From positions 49,057 to 113,056 of the forward strand of contig CAZUFC010000002.1 of the NCBI GenBank assembly GCA_964619725.1: 64,000 nucleotides of DNA, given 5' to 3'. Position numbers and translations under genes: made by a program. Positions 9,198 to 17,800 of the stretch are shown in pieces. Under the pieces are notes generated by a model. The model was not told where the DNA came from, did not search any database, and was given only the letters and a program-made list of their open reading frames with translations. The first letter of the stretch is position 1, and every line of letters begins with the position of its first letter. The DNA comes from an uncultured bacterium. GTDB taxonomy: Bacteria > CSSED10-310 > CAZUFC01.

Positions 9198-12100
9198 TTA
9201 TTGTCGCTTTTTGGCATAGAGCATTATCAATCCGCTTAAGCTCAGGGAAATCAGGATTAATCCCGGCAAGGAAGCAGCGGGTATAGAGGGTCCGGGCATG
9301 ACAGGTCCGGCGGTTATGACGGAGGGATTCTCAAAGCCGTTTTCATCAACCATTGTTACAGCGTAGCAGTAGGAATGTTCCTGCTGCAGGAATTCATCCG
9401 TGAATGAGTTTTGCGACATGTTTGTTATGCTTGTATCGAACGGAGTTAATTCTTCGACCGAATTAAAATCCGTTTCTTCTCTGTAGATGTTGTAATGGTG
9501 GAAATCATCTCCCAGGTCTTCGGGGACGTCCCAACCCAGGATGATCGACGAGGGCGCCTGTTCCGCGTTTATTCCCGTTATTGGAACGGGACGGACGCGC
9601 AGAGTGATTTCTTCGCAAGCATCGGTTCCCAGGTAGGATGCCGTTATGTCGGCGGTCCAGTCGCCGTCGGGTATATGTTCCAGACCCAATCTTTTCGGCA
9701 GTTCGCTTATGATGATCTGAGCGTTATATTCTCCGGTTTCGTCGTCGTAAATAAACGGCACGGCGCCGATGCCTTCTGCTGTGTCGACATCGCCCCTGAT
9801 GAGGGCCCATTCGACGGGTTCTCCTTCGGAAGTCAGTTGAGCCTGCAGTTCTATCGTATCGGACCAGGCATAATACGGCTCGACGGGAACGACGGTTAGC
9901 GTCAGGTCGGGAAGGACGTGGAACGACGCGTTGACGTAGCTTATGTCGTAGCCGGTGAGCTGACCGTCGATGATGGCCACGTATCTTCCCGGAGGTCCGT
10001 CTGCCGGTATATCTACAGCGATTTCATATTTCTCCGTTCCGGCATTGTAAGTCATTTCTGCGGATTGATAAAAACCCGGATTATCGATGGAAATCACTTC
10101 GATGTCCAGGGTCGCATCGCTCATCATTTCGCCCTGGGCGTTTATGAGAGCGGCTTCGATCATGGCCTGACCGCCGTAGTGAACTTCTCTGTCGTCGTTG
10201 AGCACGTCCGCTTTCAGAATGAGTTCGTTGTAGGACCCGTAATCGCTGATGGAAATGTAATCCCATCCTGATGCGAAATTATCCTCGTTGACGGCTTTAA
10301 ACATCAGGGGCACGGATGCTCCGTGGACAAGAGCCGTCAGGTCGAAATTGAGGTTGATCGAATCGCCGGCCGGTATCTCGTCAATATGATGTTCGGGAAA
10401 CAGAGCGCTGAAGTAATCCTGGGTTTCCGCATCATAAAGATGAGGAATCAATGTCACGTCTATGTCGGTTTCCGTTGCAGTTCCGTTATTGGTTACTGTG
10501 ACGGCGGCGACGAAAAGATCGTTTATCTGGAGTTCCGCGGGAGCATCGACCGTTACTTGCAGGTCGGTTTCCAGGTTAATGACGGCTTCTTTTGAGGAGT
10601 ATGTGCCTGTGACGTTTTCCTGGCATCCGAGAACAGGGGAAAAACCCCGGCTTCCGAGCCAGCACAGCCAGCACCAGTCCAGACTCGCCCAGCAACTTTG
10701 TATACACAGCGGATAACAGAGGATGGATACATGCACCAGCTTTTCCAGGTCTGCCAAGGCATACGTCACTTCAGGATAAACCGAAGGATTGTCGTATTCT
10801 CCCCAGGTCGAATCCGCATGCACCCATTGATCGTCGTCGCGGACTTCATTCCAGGCATGACCGGCATCGGTTAAATAACTGAAAACCATGCGAGCGGGTA
10901 TGTCCAGGGCCCTGAAGACTCCTGTGGTCAAGTCCGTGAAATCTCTGCAGACCCCGATATTGTCGAATCGCCTGTTGAGAAGGTCAATGTCGCTGTTACG
11001 CAGAGAGATGGACGCCCATATGGAATCGTCGTAATCAAATTCATCGTTTATTATCATGGGCACGTTTCCAGCCGCCAGGTAAACGCTGTCAGGATCGTTG
11101 CAACTCAACCACCACGAATCGTGATGTCCGGCGGCATATTGCGCGTATCTTCTTATCTGGAAATTATTCGGATGGTGCAGGCAATCCGTGGAAGTAAATT
11201 TATCCATGGCCGGAGCATAGTCGAAATCGATGTTTTCAGGAATCACATGCACCTTCCACGATCGCTCGTTCGCCGTTACGGTAAACCAGTTCGATGCCGC
11301 TCCTGTCGTCGTTCGGTCTCCCGGATCGACGTTCTCCACATACATCCATACGTCGCAGTACCCCACATCGCCCGGCGACAGACTCGAAGGCGAAAGCGGA
11401 CAAGTTTTCGTATATTCATAACTCGGCCCGCTTCCCGTTAAAGAAAACTTTATCCCGGGTCGGTTGCCTTGCGGCGTCTGACCGGAAAGGGTCACCGATG
11501 CCGACGGAATAGAAACCACGCTGATATTTTTAAACGGCATGTGCAATTGAACATGATCGCCCGCCGATATCTTTCCGTCGGGTTCATTCTGAACGTGAGA
11601 CGACATTAAAGGTCCCTCTCCCCCGAGATACTTTAATACGGCCTGGGGAGATTCCGGGTGTCGATGATAACCCAGGTCGACCGTTCCTTCATCGTAAGCG
11701 CTTTGAGTCTGCGTGGTCAGTTCATCCAGGCAGACCTGTCCTCCGTTCACCGTGTAGCATATGGAGGAAGCCGGTCCGCTGCCGGCGTTTACGCAGGGAC
11801 TGTTGAACGGTTGACCCGCAGTTAGTTGGCTCAGGTAGTAATCGTCGCAAGGACCGGTTACGAACAAGGGCGACTGATCGATGTTGCCCGCTCCCCAGTT
11901 CAAAGTGCAGCCGGAGTCCACGAAAATATCCGATTGTCCGCCCTGTACGTCACAATAGCTTATATTCAAAGTGGTTGGATTTACTTCGAAATATAAGGCA
12001 ATCTGTGAACCGTCAGGACACTCATTGCCCCATATGATGCAGTCGTTTAACGTCATAACGCTTCCGCTGCTTAGTCTCAACCCCGATCCTTTTCCTAAAC

Positions 12101-12908
12101 CTTCATTCGAGTTGTCGACAATCGTACAATTGGATGCCGTCAACGTGGAATCGCAATAACAGTATATTCCTGCAGTGCCGTAAGAGTGAGAATTCCCTGC
12201 TATCAAACAATTATTCATCGTAATGTCGCTGAATTGACCCAGAACGCCTTTCCCCACGTTGTTATAAATTTCAGTTCCATCAATGCGCACATCACAATAG
12301 AATATGAATTCCAACACTGATGCATCGCCTGTCGGAGTGTAATTGTCGTAAATTTTACAGTCGATGATATGGACGGACGATTGCTGGCATAAAACAGCGA
12401 CGCCGTAATCCGAGGAATTGTTTCGCATTATGCAGTTTTTTATTACCGCAGAAGAATACTCAGCGTAAAACGCCGGTCCGTCCATAATTAAAGCCGAATT
12501 GCCGTCAAGTATGCAATTGTCGATCACCGGAGACGCGGATATACAAGTTATCCCACCGCCGTACGACTCAATTCCATGCTTAATCGTGATTCCTTTTAAA
12601 ATGGAACTGTCATCTTCGCCGTTGTTGAAATAAAAACCTCGCCCTTCATACTCGCAATCAATAACGCAACTTTCCGGCCCGTCAGCGGACATCACCGTAA
12701 TAGCTTTACCGCCGAAATCCAAGTTTCTGTTCTCCGCACCGGTATAAGTTCCATCCGCCACGATTACGGTATCGCCCGACATAGCGGCGTTTATGCCCTG
12801 CTGTATCGTCGGCCTGTCATCCGGAACATGGATGACGGAAGCGCTTGACCAAGAAACGTTTAACACTAGAAACATTGCGGCCAATGACAACATTTGAACT
12901 TTTTTCAT
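9198..12908 (-). CDS. Surface protein, same architecture (paralogue 2)
   Basis: Collinear with 5335-9057; GVCRDFTDL...GHAWNE...HADSTW. Start placed at MKKVQ (12908) after an AAGGAG RBS. Confidence 0.85.
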   Translation of the reverse strand: MKKVQMLSLAAMFLVLNVSWSSASVIHVPDDRPTIQQGINAAMSGDTVIVADGTYTGAENRNLDFGGKAITVMSADGPESCVIDCEYEGRGFYFNNGEDDSSILKGITIKHGIESYGGGITCISASPVIDNCILDGNSALIMDGPAFYAEYSSAVIKNCIMRNNSSDYGVAVLCQQSSVHIIDCKIYDNYTPTGDASVLEFIFYCDVRIDGTEIYNNVGKGVLGQFSDITMNNCLIAGNSHSYGTAGIYCYCDSTLTASNCTIVDNSNEGLGKGSGLRLSSGSVMTLNDCIIWGNECPDGSQIALYFEVNPTTLNISYCDVQGGQSDIFVDSGCTLNWGAGNIDQSPLFVTGPCDDYYLSQLTAGQPFNSPCVNAGSGPASSICYTVNGGQVCLDELTTQTQSAYDEGTVDLGYHRHPESPQAVLKYLGGEGPLMSSHVQNEPDGKISAGDHVQLHMPFKNISVVSIPSASVTLSGQTPQGNRPGIKFSLTGSGPSYEYTKTCPLSPSSLSPGDVGYCDVWMYVENVDPGDRTTTGAASNWFTVTANERSWKVHVIPENIDFDYAPAMDKFTSTDCLHHPNNFQIRRYAQYAAGHHDSWWLSCNDPDSVYLAAGNVPMIINDEFDYDDSIWASISLRNSDIDLLNRRFDNIGVCRDFTDLTTGVFRALDIPARMVFSYLTDAGHAWNEVRDDDQWVHADSTWGEYDNPSVYPEVTYALADLEKLVHVSILCYPLCIQSCWASLDWCWLCWLGSRGFSPVLGCQENVTGTYSSKEAVINLETDLQVTVDAPAELQINDLFVAAVTVTNNGTATETDIDVTLIPHLYDAETQDYFSALFPEHHIDEIPAGDSINLNFDLTALVHGASVPLMFKAVNEDNFASGWDYISISDYGSYNELILKADVLNDDREVHYGGQAMIEAALINAQGEMMSDATLDIEVISIDNPGFYQSAEMTYNAGTEKYEIAVDIPADGPPGRYVAIIDGQLTGYDISYVNASFHVLPDLTLTVVPVEPYYAWSDTIELQAQLTSEGEPVEWALIRGDVDTAEGIGAVPFIYDDETGEYNAQIIISELPKRLGLEHIPDGDWTADITASYLGTDACEEITLRVRPVPITGINAEQAPSSIILGWDVPEDLGDDFHHYNIYREETDFNSVEELTPFDTSITNMSQNSFTDEFLQQEHSYCYAVTMVDENGFENPSVITAGPVMPGPSIPAASLPGLILISLSLSGLIMLYAKKRQ

Positions 12909-13180
12909 AAATAATCTCTCCTTCCAGCTTTCGCTGTTTGTATTCGATTGTCTCCTCTTTATAAATAAAACATATAACAGGACAAAGTCAAAACACGGCA
13001 TAAATTTGAGCGTCTATCCAGCGGTTAATTCTAGTAAAAGCTTTGAGAAGCTTCGTAAGATAAACACTGATCAAAATCAGTTGAGGCGAATAAGCATTGA
13101 ACGCGTGATTTCGTTTTTAGCCCTTCATGCTCTTGACGGTTCAATAAATTCCGTTCTGGGCACGATTTAGCATTTTTGAT

Positions 13181-14863
13181 TCATGATATTCTTTTAGATT
13201 CATTCCCGAAGCAGATAACAGCTCCGATGAGGAGGATCATGAAGAGGAAACCTGCTGTTCCAGTAGAAGGGATGGGCGGCGGAGTAGGTATGACGGTTTC
13301 CGTAGGGGTAGGAGAAACAGGCGTTGCCGTAGGCGTTTCTGTAGGGACATCAGTGGGAGAAAGGGTCGGAGATGCAGTCGGGGACAAAGTAGCAAAAGGA
13401 GAAAGGGTCGGAGATGCAGTAGGGGTGTCTTCCGGAGTGCATGTCATTGTAGGAGTTAATTCGATAAAAGTGAACGTTCCATTGCCGGCATCCCAGAATT
13501 TTATATCGTCAACTTTATCGGAGATAACAAAAGCAGACTGGTCTCCTGGATCACAGGCGCCGCAAGTAACGGTGAAATAGAACAATAATAGGCTGCCGGA
13601 GCTGCCTGCGGGAATGTCCTCCGTATCGAACCCGCCGGCAATAATTCGTCCGGGCTGGTTTCCGTTGCATTCGATGTATGGCCAATCGTGGGTCAGAGTT
13701 CCTGTTTCCCCGGAGGCGAACGTCAGCATATTTTCATCATAGATAAGATCAAACCCGAAAGCATCAAAAGGGGTATCCGGATTCTCCGCGGTTACGGCAA
13801 TCTGTATCAACTGGCCGGCCCCGCCGGATGCATTGGAAACCCACATGAAGTCGTCAGTAGGAATGGGAGTATCGGTAGGCTGAGGTGTAGAAGTATGTGT
13901 CGGGGTTGGAGAACAGTAATAAGTAAAAGCGCCTGGCAGAGGTATCCAATCGGCTATATCGTCAACCAGGTCCGTCATGCTCAAAATACATTCGTCACCG
14001 TTGTTGCAGGTTTCACACTCGACATCGAAGTTGAGCAGGACGATAGAGCCGGCGCTGCCGGCGGGAACGACGGGAGAACCGAAACCTCCGATGATGAGGA
14101 CGCCGGGCTGCGATTCGTTGCAGTCAAAATAGGTCCAGTCCTGGGTCAATTCACCTTTTTGGCAGGAAGTGAATTCGAGCATATCCGTGCAATAGTTCAA
14201 ATCGAAACCGAAAGCATCCATCGCATTATTAGGATTTGAGATGAACACGGGTACCTGGATGCTTTCGCCTGAGCAGCCTTCAGCAAAGCTTACCTGGAGT
14301 ATGTCGGTCAGTGGAGTCGGAGTAGGCGTGTGAGTGGGCGTGCATGTTCGTGTCGCAGTAGGCGTAGCAGTCGGAAAACAGTAATAGGTGAATGTTCCCG
14401 TTTGAGCAGTCCATCCCGAGATATCGTCTTCGAAATTCGAAAGATACATTTCACATTCATCATAAAGTTCACATCCGCTGTAAGTAACTTGAAAGTTCAA
14501 TATTATGATGCTGCCGTCGCTTCCCGCTGGGATCGGAGTCGTGCTGAAGCCCCCGACCCTGACCCGTCCCGCTTCCTGTTCATTACATTCAATGAAATAC
14601 CAGTAATTCGTCAATTCACCCTTGATGCAGGAAACATATTCCAGCATATCCGTGCAATAATGCAAATCGAATCCGAAAGCATCCGTCTCCGTATCGGGAT
14701 TCGATATGCTGACGGCTATCTGAACTTTTTCTCCCGTGCATCCGGAACCGTCTTCGATCCAAATTTCGTCTTCAGCATATATTGTTCGTTCTCCGCATGC
14801 GACGATTAATAACGACATGAAGAGGCATAGCATAGCGATTTTCAGGATTTTTTTTCGCTTCAT
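13181..14863 (-). CDS. Scaffoldin-like protein: three cohesin-like domains, Pro/Thr linkers, C-terminal membrane tail
   Basis: Three ~130-aa repeats (NP...DAFGFDLxY..MLEF....GELT..W....N....GGF....PAGSxGS...LNF.V...DDI..W) separated by PT linkers. Tail PPIPSTGTAGF-TM-KR. Start placed at MKRKK. Confidence 0.8.
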   Translation of the reverse strand: MKRKKILKIAMLCLFMSLLIVACGERTIYAEDEIWIEDGSGCTGEKVQIAVSISNPDTETDAFGFDLHYCTDMLEYVSCIKGELTNYWYFIECNEQEAGRVRVGGFSTTPIPAGSDGSIIILNFQVTYSGCELYDECEMYLSNFEDDISGWTAQTGTFTYYCFPTATPTATRTCTPTHTPTPTPLTDILQVSFAEGCSGESIQVPVFISNPNNAMDAFGFDLNYCTDMLEFTSCQKGELTQDWTYFDCNESQPGVLIIGGFGSPVVPAGSAGSIVLLNFDVECETCNNGDECILSMTDLVDDIADWIPLPGAFTYYCSPTPTHTSTPQPTDTPIPTDDFMWVSNASGGAGQLIQIAVTAENPDTPFDAFGFDLIYDENMLTFASGETGTLTHDWPYIECNGNQPGRIIAGGFDTEDIPAGSSGSLLLFYFTVTCGACDPGDQSAFVISDKVDDIKFWDAGNGTFTFIELTPTMTCTPEDTPTASPTLSPFATLSPTASPTLSPTDVPTETPTATPVSPTPTETVIPTPPPIPSTGTAGFLFMILLIGAVICFGNESKRIS

Positions 14864-14886
14864 TCCGTCACCGCCTTCCGCCTGAA

Positions 14887-17800
14887 TCAATCTTCACGGT
14901 ACAAAGGATTTCCGCCTAAAGAACCGATCTCATTCCTGGAGGAATTGCAAACCGTCTCAAAGCCTTCTATATCATCCACCAGGTCTTCCGCTGTCACTTT
15001 GAATTCGTGATCAGTTATTTCAGCCTTATCTTTCGTATGGAAAGCGATTAATGCGATCATCCATTCTTTTCCGGGAGCCAGTTCCGAATCCGGGTCAAAA
15101 GCGCCGACAATGATCTTGTCTCCGTGATGCTCCAGGCCGGTAAAAGCCCAACCCGCAATGTTTTCTGCAAATTCCCCGGAACTGATCTCAGAGATGTTTC
15201 CGGGCAGGTTCAGAGTAAGCCCGAAGGCATCGACAGGTTTTTCCAGGGGCGTAATGGCGATTTTAAGTAAAGCGGCATTTGAATCTTCGTCATAAACCAG
15301 ATCGACGAATAATAGCCCTTCAGAAGGAGTTCTGATTTTTTCATTTTGAACACTTTTTGTATACCGATCAAGCAAAGCGCCGGATTGATCGCTTGCAGCC
15401 AGGCGTTCAAGATATTCCCCGGATTTACCGGTTTTTTGAACGGGATCGACGCAATCGCAATCCAGTTCCAGGTAATGCTGGAAGATGCATTGAACGTCTG
15501 CGGGCGTGACATCCCAGTCTGCATTGCAGTCTGCAGAGCAGAGTTCATCATGCGTCGGATCGGTAATGCTTTCGAGATAGATATCGAAAGCGATTTGCGC
15601 ATCCTGCGGCGTCAGTCTTCCGTTATCGTCCAGATCGCCGTCATTCCAGCATATCAGGGTCGGCGTAATCGTCGCGGTCGGCTCAGGCGTGGCTGTCGGC
15701 GTGACGGGAGTGGCCGTAGGCGGTTCACCGGTCGGCGTTATTGTGGGAGTGGCAGTAGGAGGTCCCGGAGTAGCCGATGGTCCTGACGTCGGAGTAATGG
15801 AGGGGAGAACGCCGGCCTGCCAGTAGCGGTAATCGACCTGTCCTCGGGATGCGTTATCGTGAATATCATAAATTCTTTCGATATTGTAGGGATATCCGTA
15901 AGCATCCATCTGCGCCGTGGCCTGAGCTCCCCACCAGCAGTATTGCGCGGTTACGGCCTGACCGGAATTGTTGTACATCTCGTAAGTCTCATTATTGTAC
16001 ATTTCGTTGTTATTAAAAATTGTCAATGCGGCTGTATCATCGAAGCGCACCCCGCAGTTTTCATTCCAGTAAATATGATTAAATGAGAACGTGCCGACGC
16101 CCCCTTTGAAATAGAGTCCGTATTCTTCATTGTAATGACTGACGTTGCCTGTCGCCGTCAAGGTCGCCTGATAGCGAACGTTGACGTTCATTCCGCTGCT
16201 GCCGTTCATGTAAAAATCGTTCCAGTCCGCTTCGATGTCGAGGTAATATCCCGATCCATAGTTGTCCGCATATATCTGGAGACCGTCGCCGGCATTGTTG
16301 TAGGAGAAATTTCCGCTGAGGGTCGCCGAAGAATTCCTGGTATAGTATACACGGGCATATATCCCGTCATCCCCGTTATCGTTGCAGGTGTTGTCGAGAA
16401 TGAGCAGTTGAGGGTAATTCAGTCCGGATTGATCGCAGTTGATGCCGGTATGATAATTATGGTGAACATGGTTCCCTTCCAGCGTCGCCAGGGTTTCCGA
16501 TCTACCCTCCAGATAAATGCCGTATCCGTTGCTGTTGCTTCCGCATTCAAATATTTCGTTGCCGGCCATGTAAAAATCATGCAATGAATGTCTTCCGCTG
16601 ATGCCTCTGTACCAGTGATTGCCGATACGGGTGCCGGTAATCAAAGGAGAGGAATCCTCCAGGCTTATGCCGATATGCGCCCATTGAATATCGCAATGGT
16701 CAATTACGCACAGATCATCGTTTGAATTGACGAAACGAATGCCGTACCAGTCTTTCTTTTCCGGGAACGTTTCTTCGCTCCTGAATACTATTTCATTTTC
16801 CGGCGCGCCGTCGGCAATGAGCGTGCCGTAAACGATGAGTTCACATCGTGATGTATCGAGGCCTGATATTGCATCGTCTCTTAAAGCGGTAAAAAGAACA
16901 TAAGTCCCCGGCATTATCGTCAAAGTAAGTCCTTCAGGAACGATTACATCGCCTGTGACGACGACGATGCCGCTCCATACCTCATCAGAATGCAGCGTAC
17001 CCCAGGCGTGAATGAGTCCATCGTCGATTTCAACCGTCACGCCCGGACCGGGGATTTCCACGTTATAATCGTTGCCCTGTGCTCTCGACAGCAGGTTATA
17101 AGTTCCTGCTGCGGACGGATACCAGGTATGTCTCCAGGATTCCCTTCCGAGCGCCGGCGCCCAGCTTGAACCGCCGTCTGTGCTGATGTCCACAAGCATT
17201 ATGCCGGAATAACCTCTTGCAATGCCCTTGACGGAAACGTCCCCCATGGGCAGAGTCATCCCGTGCATGGGATCGATGATATATGACACAAGTTCCTTCG
17301 AAGTATCGACCGGCGTCGCTTTCCACCCTCTGTAATCGATCATTCCTTTCGTATAATAGTCATGGATGTCGTAAAGCAGCCAGATGTCAGCCGAATATCC
17401 CCAGGCGTTCATCTGGGCCGTAGTCAAACTTCCCCACCAGCAATTTCTCGCATCGACGGCATAACTGCAATCATTGTACATCTCATAAGTGTCGTTGCCG
17501 TAGATGTTGCTGCAGTAAAACCTGTGCACGCCGACGCTGGCGGACAACAGCGCCCCGTAATCAGCATTGTCGTAAACGTCATTCTGGAAGAATAAGCCCA
17601 ATCCGCTGTTCATATATATCCCATGGTTCTGATTATGATGAATGCTTGTATTAGTGCACCTGACGCGTGTTTCGCTCATTGCTGAAATTCTTAAGCCGTT
17701 AGCGGAATTAGAGTATATTTCGCAATCGTCTATCTCAAAGTCGACATGGTAACCCGAACCGTAACTGTCGCAGGAGAGTTCGATACCGTTGCCTGAATTA

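Noticed and set aside
5335-12908. Diversity-generating retroelement TR/VR pair
   Set aside because: No reverse transcriptase in the window; the differences are not adenine-restricted, and both copies are full genes.
13157-13173. Sigma54-like TGGGCACGATTTAGCA on the plus strand
   Set aside because: It points antisense into the scaffoldin gene, with no plausible gene to drive.
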